Shown: positions 11,611 to 23,584, numbered from the stretch's first letter. The stretch is 41,829 nt of DNA from Octopus bimaculoides (GCF_001194135.2 NC_068983.1:104207416-104249244), one strand, 5' to 3'. The notes: generated from the sequence alone by a model not told the origin. A program made the numbers and translations.

Positions 11611-11993
11611 GGAGGTGCAATGGCCCAGTGGTTAGGACAGCGGACTCGCGGTCATAGGATCGTGGTTTCGATTCCCAGACCGGGCGTTGTGAGTGTTTAT
11701 TGAGCGAAAACACCTAAAAGCTCCACGAGGCTCCAGCAGGGGATGGTGGCGAACCCTGCTGTACTCTTCCACCACAACTTTCTCTCACTCTTACTTCCTG
11801 TTTCTGTTGTGCCTGTAATTCAAAGGGACAGCCTTGTCACACTGTGTCATGCTGAATATCCCTGAGAACTACGTTAAGGGTACACGTGTCTGTGGAGTGC
11901 TCAGCCACTTGCACGTTAATTTCATGAGCAGGCTGTTCCGTTGATCGGATCAACTGGAACCCTCGACATCGTAAGCGACGGAATGCCAACAAA
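11611..11993 (+). mobile_element. Full-length tRNA-derived SINE, family D (probably OR1-like), with 13-bp TSD
   Basis: tRNA-like head 'ggaggtgcaatggcccagtggttaggacagcggactcgcggtc...ttcgattccc'; 3' end 'gacggaatgccaacaaa'. Flanks ttcttaggcaggt (11598-11610) and ttcttaggcaagt (11994-12006). Many CpGs are retained. Confidence 0.9.
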
Positions 11994-12006
11994 TTCTTAG
12001 GCAAGT

Positions 12007-13850
12007 GAGGAAAGGCAACTCATCTCATCAAAGGACTGCTAGTTCAGACGAGTAAATACTTTTGATGTGTCCATACATTTACTGTGTTTCAATAAAGTAT
12101 AGTTGTCCTTTCTTAAACACTGTCCATTAATTGGGTTTATTTCATGTTGCTTCACTCTGTTCTGCTGAAAATGAGTACCAGCAAAAGCAGAAGTTAAACC
12201 TATGACAAACTAGCATCCCAGAAGTATCATAAAAACTGGGAGTAGCTCCAACCTAATGAAACTATAAGCTCATGACAGACCTAAGACTTATTATTATGGT
12301 TTTATATTATATTTCCCTCATTCAGCATGTAAATGAAATTAAATCTCTACACCCTTTGTATTCAATAGATTATGGTACTTATGATGATCCAGAAGGTTAT
12401 TCATAAAAAGGGCTTTTAAATTCTCAGTCATCAATAGATTAAAACAAATCATATTTCCTCTCTTCTTTCATAATATGGGTTGTTGCTTAGATGAGAAATC
12501 AGTAATAATTTATATACTGCACCAAATAAATTGCTTTCACTGAGGTCAGAATTTTAGATATATGATATTAATCAAATGAAAGATGCATGGTAATATACAA
12601 GTTCATGAACATAAAAAGTTATCATGTCTAAGTAGATGAGCACCTGAATGAAATATCAAAACTGAAAACCTTTGTCACTAACAATGCAGAATGGTGGCTA
12701 TTAGATTCCTCTCTGAATGAGAGGCAATGAACCAGTTAAGAGTGAAGAGTTTCCTTTCATTCTGTTGTATTTTAAACAGCAAAGATGAAAGTAGTAGGTC
12801 AGTTATGACTAATAAAGTGGATGAGGCACCTATCCTAAGATTACTCCAGTTGCACCAGAAGAATCTGTCAGGGATAAGAAGAAAGGTACCTAATTCAAGC
12901 AATCAGAAAAGTTTGAAAAGATTCCCTCTGTGATCAAGCTACCACACAATACCAACATACCACAGTACCAAGAGGTTGAAAATAGAATGCCCATATGTGT
13001 TGTTCCCAATCATCTAAAGGCCTTCCCATAATAAAGGGAAAAGAAGGAAGGTCTAACTTCAATAGCATCACAAACAACAATAGAAACGTCCTACCAGTGC
13101 CTTCTCCAACCAGTAAAACAAGAAGATTTACCTTCCTCCTGTCCCCACTCAGACCTGTACAATTCTAAGACTTCACTGTGCATTAATGTCAAGATGAAAG
13201 ACTTGCAGCAAGAGAACCTTGTTAAAGTGAAATGAAAACGAATTGAAGCAAAGAATAGACCCCTCAGTTGATTCTTCTACTGACAGCACCTTTTATATAT
13301 AGTACTTGGTTTGCCATGATTGATAGTGTGCATGCATGTGCTTAAGATGCAACATCTACACAGATTTCAGGATTATTGGCAGGTGTGGTCTTCTTTGACA
13401 GGTACAATTTTACACACTTCATCTCTTTAATAGAAGTGCAGTCTCAGGTCAACTAAACACCAGGACTTGGCATCTAGCATCTGAATTTTTTTCAAAATTT
13501 CACATCTTTACCAATCAATGGAACTTCTACATTGTATCTATAGACTAGTTGTAGGGAAAAGCAACTCTAAGTGTTGACAAGAATCAGAAGGCTAGTCTGT
13601 TTCAGAAGGACTTCCAGTCAAGGGTCAATGGGTAACTTCCAGAAATCCTTAACATGACAGTGCAGCCAGAGATCTCTGGACACTGTCCTTTCAATATAAA
13701 CTCTACAGGCATGGAGTTGTGATCAGCTGGGTTTGATGTAAGTATAGGAAGGAAATCATTCTGCACGCACTTGTTGAGTGTCTGAACATCATTAACTTGT
13801 ACATTTTCATTGAATAATTGCTATTATATGTAGCATGGATATAACTAGTG
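12007..13850 (-). mobile_element. Possible upstream continuation of the CR1/L2 fossil (linker, endonuclease, ORF1 remnant)
   Basis: The sequence is continuous with the RT fragment once the SINE is removed, but only weak motif echoes are visible (an SDH-like LDH near 12930; LD near 13015). Confidence 0.3.
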
Positions 13851-14613
13851 ATAGAGCTCATCATAGAGATTGCACCGCTGCTTTCCTTAGACTAAGGAAA
13901 AGCAGTTTTGTTTTTGTTTGATGGTTATGGCAAAAGAGGCTATGTGAAGGACACAACTACACCAACCGAAAGGACTAAAGACAAACACTTTTCTCATCAA
14001 ACAAGCCCACATCGATATTTTCAAGCTCTACTTGGAAAGGAGATGAGGACAGTAAGGAGAATATCCTGGCTTCCAGTAAATTTATCAAAAGATGAATGAA
14101 AATACCAAACATGGCTCAAGTGAGTAGGACATTTCTAAGCATATGCATGTAAACCAAAGCACAACAGCTGGTTGGAAGCACTTATTTATAACAGTCAGGA
14201 AAATCCTAGAACTGTGATCTCTTTTATTCACACTAAACGACAGTCCTTCTCTCAGACATTATAGACTTTTGTATAATGCATGTACTTGCATTTTCAATTT
14301 CATTTTTTATCACTCATGAAACTTCAACGTGAACTCCTACATATTTTCTGACCTCATAGCAAGTAAAAGAAACAGTAATGATAAAAATAACAATTTTTTT
14401 TTACTAACGTACTCAAAGACTCTCAGCTTAAATGTGAATGTAAGCAATGACAAACAATGAACTTGGATCAACACAAACAAGTAATAAACAAGTATTACAC
14501 CCATTTCAATAGTAAATACATTTTATAAGGACACTAGTTTACATGCTTTACTAACAAAATTTTTTAAATTGTATGGAATGACATATGATAAGTGGGTTAG
14601 CAAAAATCTTTAG

Positions 14614-14780
14614 AAGGCAGGGTGGGTAGCAGAATTGTTAGAGCACTGGAAAATGCATTGCAGCATTTATCCTGACACTTTACATTCTGATTTCAAATCA
14701 TGTTGCGGTCACCTTTGTTTTTCATCCTTTTAGCATCAATAACATAAAGTACTGGGGTAAACAGTATCAACTGTGCCTTC
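14614..14780 (+). mobile_element. Degenerate family B SINE
   Basis: 'gcagaattgttagagcac...ttctgatttcaaatc...tttcatccttttagcatcaataacataaagtactggggt'. Confidence 0.7.
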
Positions 14781-14803
14781 CCTAACCAGCTTCAAAATAT
14801 ATA

Positions 14804-14975
14804 TATATTCTTTTATTCTTTTACTTGTTTCACTCATTTGACTGCGGACATGCAGGAGCACCACCTTAATGGACTTTTAGTTGCAGGAATGCACCACCTT
14901 CGGCAAGTGTGTTTTACTATACCTCAGGTCCAACTAATATCTTACAACTGAATTTAGTAGATATTTTCAGGAAAA
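14804..14975. mobile_element. Family A SINE fragments (tail on -, head piece on +)
   Basis: 'attcttttacttgtttcactcatttgactgcggacatgc' and 'caccttcggcaagtgtgttttactata'. Confidence 0.6.
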
Positions 14976-15018
14976 AACCCATCATATAAATATAACTAAC
15001 TATTTAACAAATTTACAA

Positions 15019-15254
15019 GCACTCTGTCAAAATAACAAGTGTTCCAGTTGGTCCAGTCAACAGAACACACCACTAATGAAATTACCATGTAACTGGCTGA
15101 GCACTCAAGTGTAATTCTCAGGGAGATTCAGCATGACACAGAATATGACAAGGCTGGCCCTTTGAATTACAGGTTCGACTCATTTTCACTAGCTAGTGGA
15201 CTCTGGAGCAATGAGAAATAAAGTCTCTTACTTGAGGACACAACACTCTGCCAG

Positions 15255-15256
<2 letters not shown>
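15019..15256 (-). mobile_element. Chimeric SINE fragment: family C CORE-like domain joined to the family D tail
   Basis: 15019-15172 aligns to the reverse complement of 11810-11985. 15175-15256 aligns to the central domain at 6100-6170. Confidence 0.7.
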
Positions 15257-15294
<38 letters not shown>

Positions 15295-15309
15295 TCTTCA
15301 GTATCATCT

Positions 15310-15412
15310 CATCATCATTTAACAGCCATCTTCCATGCTGCCATGGGTTAAATGCTTTGACAGGATCCAGCAAATCATGGTTTCTTTAGCTGCATACACT
15401 TCCTAATATCAA
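15310..15412 (-). mobile_element. RTE-type 3' tail fragment
   Basis: 'tcatcatttaacagccatcttccatgctgccatggg...cttcctaatatcaac'. Confidence 0.6.
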
Positions 15413-15427
15413 CAGGTTTACAGTGTA

Positions 15428-16307
15428 TGAGGTGGTATCAAAAAGTTCCATAGCACACCTACAGATGGCAGCACACAGTTGCATGTACCTGTGAGATCTA
15501 GCAGTGACTTTCATGAGCCAGTGCACCGAATGACATCGCTGTGTTTACTTCACAAGTTGTGAAATTTGTGGTTTTGCGATCATGTGTATGCTGTAGTCTG
15601 CAATTTTGTCATGGACAGGAAGTTGGAACAAAGAGCCAACATGAAATTTTGAGTCAAATTTGAAAAGTTTGTTACAAAGACTTTGAGCATGCTTCAGCAA
15701 GCTTACAGCAATAAGGCAATGGGTCGCACACAATGTTTCAAGTGTCGTGGGCACTTCAAAAGCAGAAGAACATCCCTGGAAGATGATGAGCGATTTGGAA
15801 GACCTGCCACGAGCATCACCCTTGGGAATGTGGCATTATGCATCAAGAATTCCTCCCCCAGGACCAGACCATCAATTGAGAGTTTTACTGCAACATTTTG
15901 AAGTGTTTGAGGGAGGACATTCAGCGAAAACAACTGAATTTGTGGAGCACAAATAACTGGATTCTTCAGCCCTCATCACTCATGAGTTTCTCACCAAAAA
16001 CAACAAGGTATCACTTCCACATCCCCCCAGATTTAACATCTGCGGACTTCCATCTCTTCCCCAAGATAAAAATGCAGTTCTAAGGTTGCCAGTTTAACAC
16101 TTTTCAAGGTCCAGAGCAAATCACAGAAGGTCTTCGACTCACTTACAGAAAACGACTTCCAGGCTGGATTCCAAAAGTGGCAGGAATACTGAGACCAGTG
16201 TATTGCTGTGCAAGTTGTGTATTTTGAAAGAGATATGTTAAAACTTTGGTAAATAAGTTATTTTTGGTTAAACATAACAAGTCGTGGAACTTCTTGATAC
16301 CACCTCG
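15428..16307 (+). mobile_element. Mariner transposon deletion derivative with TIRs and TA TSD
   Basis: Ends TA|tgaggtggtatcaaaaagttcca and tggaacttcttgataccacctcg|TA match 23/25 including the TA. The element contains a decayed transposase. Confidence 0.95.
15611..16240 (+). pseudogene. Mariner transposase remnant (stops, frameshifts, internal deletion)
   Basis: MDRKLEQRANMKF*...FKSRRTSLEDDERFGRP (HTH region); HQEFLPQDQTIN*EFYCNIL..LRE.I.RK..LW; HPP..DLTSADFHLFPKIK; QCI...YFE. Confidence 0.9.
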
Positions 16308-16527
16308 TACTGGGTAGTTTTATTATATTTTTTTTATAGCACCAGCACTAGTGAGATTGCGCTATAACTCACAAAACTAAAAAGCCCCTCAACTGAGTAG
16401 AAGTATAGAAGAGAAGGCAGCAGCTTTGTGCTAGGTATTGAGAAGTTAAAGTATCATAGAAGTGTTAAGAACATTCTTGTTGCTGTAGAGGAGATACACT
16501 GCATTGCATAAGAGGGTGTAAGAGTAA

Positions 16528-16635
16528 TTAAGGTGAAGCTGGTAAGAGCGATGAAGATGGTGGTGATGAGGCACCATGATTTGTATTCAAACTGCGGCCA
16601 GCGAAGTTGTTCATTAGTTCCATGCTTTCAGATTC
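16528..16635 (-). CDS. Candidate terminal exon (ESESMELMNNFAGRSLNTNHGASSPPSSSLLPASP*), unknown gene
   Basis: GC-richer unique block with an open frame, acceptor 'ttttttactacaaag|GAA' and TAA stop. I recognise no homology. Confidence 0.2.
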   Translation of the reverse strand, partial: ESESMELMNNFAGRSLNTNHGASSPPSSSLLPASP

Positions 16636-17096
16636 CTTTGTAGTAAAAAATCCCTTGCATGAAAAACCCAGTGAAGGTTGGGTGACATGAAGTCCGTATG
16701 AGTATAAAAATCCTGCCTCATACTTACTCCAGTCTGTCATAATAGTATGAATAAAAAAAAAATATTAAACAAATCATATGTGCTTATATGTGTGTGTTTG
16801 GGCGTGTGTGTGTGTTTGTGGTTTTATGTTAATGAGTGTAGAGTGTGTCTTATATGAGTTTTAGCTGCTAGATTCCACAGAATGTGAGGCCATGCATCAG
16901 CTCCCTGTTGAAATTAATTTGTCAATCAATGAACAATATTTCTTTCCCTCTCTCTCCTTTTTCCCCCCCTTCTTCTCTCTCTTTCTGTTCAACACATTTT
17001 GTTTCATACCTGAGGTGAGTTATTTCATTACTTCAGTAAAGTTGTCACTTTGAGAGACAGTTATAGAAGAGGTTTTGGCTACATATATTTTTATCA

Positions 17097-17195
17097 TTTT
17101 TTTTTTTTTACTTGTTTCAGTCATTTGACTGGAGCCATGCTGGGGCAACTGCTTTGAAGCATTTTAGCTAAAGAAATTGACTTCAGAACTTATTC
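17097..17195 (-). mobile_element. Family A SINE tail fragment
   Basis: 'ttttacttgtttcagtcatttgactggagccatgctgg...cagaacttattc'. Confidence 0.75.
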
Positions 17196-17432
17196 CACAT
17201 AAATTCAACCAGTAACGTATTTTTCTGCATTATATGGATAATTTATCCTGATCACGCTATTTATAGCATTATCACGCATTTGAGAAATAAATTTATTTCT
17301 GTATCTTACAATACATCTCAATGCTTCTAAAGACAAACTTTGTTTACTTTCAATGTAAAAAGTTGAATTTATCGTTAGCGTCTTATGAAGCTAAATTTAT
17401 AAGTTCTAAAATTGCAGAAGAATTCGTTGCTG

Positions 17433-17504
17433 GGCAGTTTAATGTAATGGTAAAACACTTGACATGTAATCACAGAGATGTGAGTTCGCGTCTCATGGCT
17501 GGCC
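17433..17504 (+). pseudogene. Decayed tRNA-Thr(TGT)-like gene
   Basis: Acceptor GGCAGTT/GGCTGGC; D arm ATGT-AATGGTAAA-ACAC; anticodon loop CATGTAA with a shortened stem; T arm GTGAG-TTCGCGT-CTCAT; T5 terminator at 17514-17518. Confidence 0.6.
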
Positions 17505-17614
17505 AGCAACGTGTTTTTCTGCATTATATGGATAATTTATCCTGACCACGCTATTTATTCCACATAGTTTTACATTTTACTTTCTTCCTACGCACATATT
17601 TTCTTAAGGTTACA

Positions 17615-17790
17615 CTGGACAAAATGCATAGCAGCAGTCTGTCCATCTTTACATTCTGAGTTCAAATTCTACTGGGGTTGACTTGGCCTTTCATCCTTTT
17701 AGAGTCAATAAAATAAGTACCAGTTGAGCACTGGGATCAATGTAATCAACTTACCCTGTCTCTGAAATTGCTGGCTTTGTGCCAAAATTT
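17615..17790 (+). mobile_element. Family B SINE
   Basis: 'ctttacattctgagttcaaattctactggggttgacttggcctttcatccttttagagtcaataaaataagtaccagttgagcactgg'. Confidence 0.8.
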
Positions 17791-18251
17791 GAAATCGTTG
17801 TTGTTGTTGTTGATATTATGACTGATGGTCTCAACCGTTGTTATTTATCAGATAAAGTAGTTTAATGCTTGCACTAAATTTTTATTACTTGCTTATCAGC
17901 CCAAAGATTCCCAGGCTTAAATTTATAAAATAAAAATAAAAACTCAATGAACCTAAACCAAAACAAGCAAGTATTACGCCCATTTCTGTAGCAAGTTCAA
18001 TTTTTAAAAGACTCTTTTTACAAAGAGTAGAATGAAAAAGAAAAGTCTTTGCATCAAATGATGATTGTCACTTGACTGATTTATTTTTAACATGTTGGGC
18101 AAATAATAATTTGAACAATATGCTTTCAGATATAAATATCGTGATTACAATAACCTTACTTCTCTACTGTCATTTACAATAGTGCTTACTCATCCTAGAA
18201 ATTGTAAGAAATAACCAAAAGACTAGATGTGTGTGGGTGTGCATGTGCACG

Positions 18252-18312
<61 letters not shown>

Positions 18313-18673
18313 ATATATATGCATGTGTAAACGAGGTTCTGTGTATGTGTGCTGTGTATATATATATATCATCATCATTATTTAATGTCAACACCAACCA
18401 CTCTTGAAAATACCTATGCAGAACTATTGAGAAATTTGCAGTTAATCTACCCAGATTACAAGCTCAAGTTTATACTGTAATTATTTGGGCACTGGGATAT
18501 GTAACACACTGCCTAAGTATCAATCTTCAGAAATTAAGCTTCTCAAAATCAGAAAGAAGAAAGCTGATTCAAAGACTACAGATCGAAGCTATCACTAGAA
18601 CTGTAAAATTTGTAAAACTTTCCTGAAGTTTGTCATTTAAGTATATATAAGCATGTCTAGACATGCTACTATC

Positions 18674-18935
18674 ATCATCATCATTTAACGTCCGCTTTCC
18701 ATGCTAGCATGGGTTGGACGATTTGACCGAGGACTGGTGAAACCAGATGGCTACACCAGGCTCCAATCTGATTTGGCAGAGTTTCTACAGCTGGATGCCT
18801 TTCCTAATGCCAACCACTCTGAGAGTGTAGTGGGTGCTTTTACGTGCTACTGGCACGAAGGCCAGTCAGGCGGTACTGGCAACGGCCACGCTCAAATGGT
18901 GTATTTTATGTGCCACCCGCACAAGAGCCAGTCCA
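18674..18935 (-). mobile_element. RTE LINE 3' end
   Basis: '(tca)n tttaacgtccgctttccatgctagcatgggttggacga...ctggatgcctttcctaatgccaacc' is the reverse complement of the tail at 4310-4450. Confidence 0.85.
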
Positions 18936-19138
18936 GGGGCATGAGAATACATACATAAAACAAAAGGTGCAAATCTGCTCATGCACTGACTCCAAATACT
19001 ACATATATACACACATACAAGCAAAAATACCCTGTTGATGTTGTTGAGATTCCAATGAAGGAGCTTTGGATCTGGGTTAGAAAGTGGCTCTTTCTCTATT
19101 GGCAAGAAATCTTGAAATAAAACTGAATAATGACACAT

Positions 19139-19173
<35 letters not shown>

Positions 19174-19944
19174 AATGTATAGTCTTCTTTTCAAAAAAAA
19201 CTTAGAGAACCTAAGAAAGAATAAATGAAACTTGTACAACTCTCATCTTAATGTTTTTATTTGATGTTATTCTTTTCATATTTTTGTTTTAGGGTTGTTT
19301 TTGTATTATTTACTTGTTTCTTACTTATGATATGTTTTTGTTTTTGTTTTTTTGAACTCTACTCACATTTATGACTTTGATATTTTTGTCTTATCTTCCA
19401 CAACACAAGAAGTTCTCTCGTATAAGATGACAACAACACTAATTTTGGCCATTCAGATAAAACATGCAGTATTTAAAAGCTGTTCAAAAAAAGTCTTTTC
19501 GAAATTTGCCCTGAAACAATCATTTGAACTAAAATTATTTTACATAATTTGAGATAAGATATAATGATAATAATGATACTTATAAATACAAAGTAAAGTT
19601 ATACAGTTGTCAAAGGATGCTGTTAGACTAAGATTCTATCAGATAAATATTTAATCTGCATTTCATATTTGAAAATATCAACACATCCAATACATTTGCA
19701 ATACGATATCAAGTTATATAAAACATTATATATTCATATATTTTGCATATCATACACACTATTCTAGAAGGCTCCAGTAGGATAATACATGCACTGCTAT
19801 AACACATTCCACAACTACTCACAGTACATTTCCATATGAGATATGAGCTCTGAATTGCAAAGTTGAGAATAATTAGCATCACAAAAAATTTTCTCTCATA
19901 CCAAACCAAATTTGGGAAATTTTTGGTATGTCTTTCATAATTCT

Positions 19945-20157
19945 TTCTAATTTTGGCACAGGGCCTGCAATTTTCAGGGATGGAGTTAGTCAATTACATC
20001 AACCTCAGTGTTCAACTGACACTTATTTTATTGACCCTGAAAGGAGGATAGGCAAAGTCAACCACAGCAGAATTTCATCTCAAAACATGAGTTAGAAGAA
20101 ACACCACAAAGCATTTTTCTCAACATTTCTCTAACTTTTCTGCTAACTCATCACCTT
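19945..20157 (-). mobile_element. Family B SINE
   Basis: Similar to 5614-5829. Confidence 0.75.
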
Positions 20158-20745
20158 GGTATGTCTTTCACTATAACAGCAACTATAACTTAAAGTAACT
20201 TTGGTAAACTATACCATAGCAATACAGTAAAGTTCATATGCCATCACCTACACTGCACTTTTTACCTAATCAAGATATTTAATTTTAACTGGTTCAGTCT
20301 TCTTAGATTTAAATCAGTATTATGAATGTATGCACACTGATATAAAAATGACATGGACCACTACAAAATCATAAATATTTTGGGATTTTCCAGTTCTCAG
20401 TTCAATTTCCACCACCTCCTTTCAGTACAAGAGAAGGAAACATAAACCCTTTACTATGTTCAGATCTGAACAAGAGTTCCTTGTCATCTTAGTAATCTGT
20501 TATTAGACCCAGGTCTGATTCAGACTACATGTGACAGCTTATGTGCAATAATCCATTTTGTGTTAAATTTCATCACACATCAGCATCCACTAAATAAATA
20601 TAGTACTTGACTATGATGGGAATAGGAAATTTTGCAGAGATACAATGTTCCCCCTACTTTTCAGATCATGGAGAGGGATCGTTTGAAGTGTCTCGTCCCA
20701 CCTTCCTAACCTCAACCTCTTGGACCTTAATGTATCCCTAGTTTT

Positions 20746-20905
20746 AAGGTAGTGAGCTGGTAGAATCATTAGCATGCCAGGCAAAATGTTTAGTGGCAGT
20801 TCATCTGTCTTTACATTCTAAGTTCAAATTCTGCTAAGGCTGGCCTTGCCTTTCATCCATTCAGGGTTGATAAAATGAGTACCAACTGAGTGCTGGGGTC
20901 AATAT
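20746..20905 (+). mobile_element. Family B SINE
   Basis: 'aaggtagtgagctggtagaatcattagcatgcc...gcctttcatccattcagggttgataaaatgagtacc'. Confidence 0.8.
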
Positions 20906-21759
20906 ATAAAGCATTTTTCTTTTTCTCCTGTTAGTCTCAATAATTTATCCATTTGGTAAGGAGAGTCCCCTTTGTTAACTGGAAGCATTGTTTTGACTTG
21001 CATCTATACCAACAATGGAACATTTACATTGGAATAACCACAGGGTATTACCATACGAGAAGAGTAGCAGAAGGGACAATGAAGATCCTGTCAAATGATG
21101 CTCCAGTTAAAACAGACAATGTAGTGAGATGTTGTGAAGATAAATACATGGTCAATATCTGAGATAATTTCATAGTCAAGAGATTACAAGGACTTCACTG
21201 TATCATTATTGTTAAGATAAATCTATTGTCAGAATAAAGCATGGATAAAAAGCTTTTGAGCTATGAACAGACATCATGACTTAAACAATATTACCTTTAA
21301 AAAACTTAAGTCATAATCCTCAATCTATTCCATGCTTCATTAGAAACCAAGATGGATTCTTGAAACAGTAATGAATAAATCTGAAGTAGCATGATGGCAA
21401 GAATCAAGTTCTGGGAGAATCAACTGGCCTAACACATAAATATTTAGATGGGATAATATTGAATTGATTCTCATAATCTCTCCTAATTAAGAAATAGGAT
21501 GCATATTTATCTAACTAAACAATTACCTTGACAAAAAAAAATTGTTCATTTTAGCCTGAGAAATGTAAAGTTAGTAACCTAACAAACTCTAATATGTATA
21601 ATTAGTTACCTAAAAGATATGAGACAATCAAAATGTCTAAAATAGCTGTTGTTTGTATCTATCCCCTGACATTTTGGTAGTTCCATCTTGGAATCAAAAT
21701 TGTATTATGAACATCGTTTATTGAGAATTTACTACTTAATGTATAGTATCAACTTTTAA

Positions 21760-22055
21760 ACCTTTAACATTCATATTTTTCTGTCAAACGTGATGCTTAT
21801 TTATTCACATTGATTTGAATTGGTCATGCATTACCTTGTAGCTTTGAGATTTCAATGATGTAATTGTTTATTTTTAGAGTGTCATTATAGGGTAAGTGTG
21901 AAAGACCAGATCAGTCTGGTTCAAAATGTCCTACCTGGTGGAATGACATTATAAGGTAGGTGTGAGAGGCCAATCTAACTGGTTCAAAATATTGTACTTG
22001 TTCTATAACAGGTAGAATATTTGGACCGGATACAGCCAGTTTAAATGCTAAACAG
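21760..22055. mobile_element. Probable piggyBac-type MITE
   Basis: TTAA|acctttaacatt...aatgctaaacag|TTAT. Both ends are near a CCCTTTAGCATT consensus. There is an internal ~47-bp tandem duplication at 21881-21990. Confidence 0.55.
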
Positions 22056-22224
22056 TTATAGAAAAAAAATGTACTCACTGATTGCTGAAAGACAAGGTTA
22101 ACATGCATAACATGCTCAGTAAAAGTTGAAACATGTGGTTATAAACTATAAGAAATTTCAATATTTAAGGTGAAATGTAAGTTGGATTTATTGTGCCTGT
22201 CATTATTTAATGGATAAAAAATGC

Positions 22225-23152
22225 AGCAAGTCAGCAGAATCCTTACTGTGCCAGTCAAAATGCTTAGCAGAATTTTTCTCTGGTTCTTTATGTTCTTAGT
22301 TCAAACGCTGCCATGGACAACATGGTCATTCATCCTTTCAGGTTCGATAAAATAAGTAATTAACTTCCCTCTCCTCTTAGAATTGTTGGCCTTGTGCTAA
22401 AATTAGAAAGAATTATTTATTTGATAAAATCAGTGAAACAACTGAAATGTTTGATTGCTAGTACAAGCCAACAAAGTATCTTTTCTGTGGCTATTCAACC
22501 AACTAGAAATAATAGCCAAATCTCTCATATCACATCCTACTGTCTTTAAAAAAATGAAAAGATCTTTTTAGATAATGTAGTCCATTGCTTAAGAAAGAAA
22601 AGATAGGTGACCACAACTGGAATTCTTCTGATCATAGGTTTACTTGATCAAAGCTGATTAAACCAACTTCTATTTTTAATCCTATGCTTTACACTATTTC
22701 CTTCCATTCTACAATGTTCTGTATTCCAGCTTTAAGTTAAGTACCTGTTGAACACTAGGGTCAATGTAATTGACTTATCTTCTCCCCTAAAATTGCTGGT
22801 CTCGTGCTAAAATTTGAAACCATTATTATTAGAAGGATAGCAAGCTGGCAGAATCATTAGAGTATCAGAAAAAGTTCTTTGCAGTATTGCTTCCGATTCT
22901 TTAACTTTTGAGTTCAAATCCCACCAAAGTGAAGAGCTGAAGGAATCACTAGTGTCAGAGAAAAATTGTTTTTGCATTATTCCTTCCTGCTCTTAACTTT
23001 CTGAGTTCAAATTCCGCTGAGGTCAACTTTGCTTTTCATCCTATTGGAGTTGATAAAATAAGTACCAGTTGAGCACTGGGGTCAATATAATTGACTTACC
23101 CCTTACCCCTAACCCTAAAATTACTGGCCTTGTGCCAAAATTTGAAACCATT
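22225..23152 (+). mobile_element. Cluster of family B SINE copies and fragments (22225-22410, 22735-22830, 22834-22925, 22935-23152)
   Basis: Recurrent 'gcagaatc.ttag...gagttcaaat...tttcatcc..t.g.g.tgataaaataagta' modules ending 'ccttgtgccaaaatttgaaacc' plus (TTA)n. Confidence 0.8.
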
Positions 23153-23186
23153 ATTATTATTATTATTATTATTATTGTTATTGTTA

Positions 23187-23221
<35 letters not shown>

Positions 23222-23584
23222 GTTAATTTTACAAATATTCTAAATTAGTATGTAAACTGAACATTTAGTGCGTTACAAAGATTTATGAGAAATTAATAGC
23301 AACATTGACATTTTTAAAATTCTTTCTTTTTTATTATTTTTTTAAATTCTTTAATATTGCTTTAGGATATTAAATTGTATTAATTGGAGATACTTTTACA
23401 GCCTCCTCTGCCTCCTCCTCCTCATTTCAATTTAAAATATTTTTTTANNNNNNNNNNNNNNNNNNNNNNNNNNNNNNNNNNNNNNNNNNNNNNNNNNNNN
23501 NNNNNNNNNNNNNNNNNNNNNNNNNNNNNNNNNNNNNNNNNNNNNNNNNNNNNNNNNNNNNNNNNNNNNNNNNNNNNNNNNNNN

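Noticed and set aside
13908-14099. 63-aa ORF in unique-looking sequence
   Set aside because: No recognisable motif or convincing splice sites.
16636-16676. Alternative + strand mini-exon (SFVVKNPLHEKPSE)
   Set aside because: Weak donor (GTTGGG) and no support over the minus-strand reading.
23099-23120. Telomere-like ccctta/ccctaa motifs
   Set aside because: Only about 2 imperfect units inside a SINE tail.
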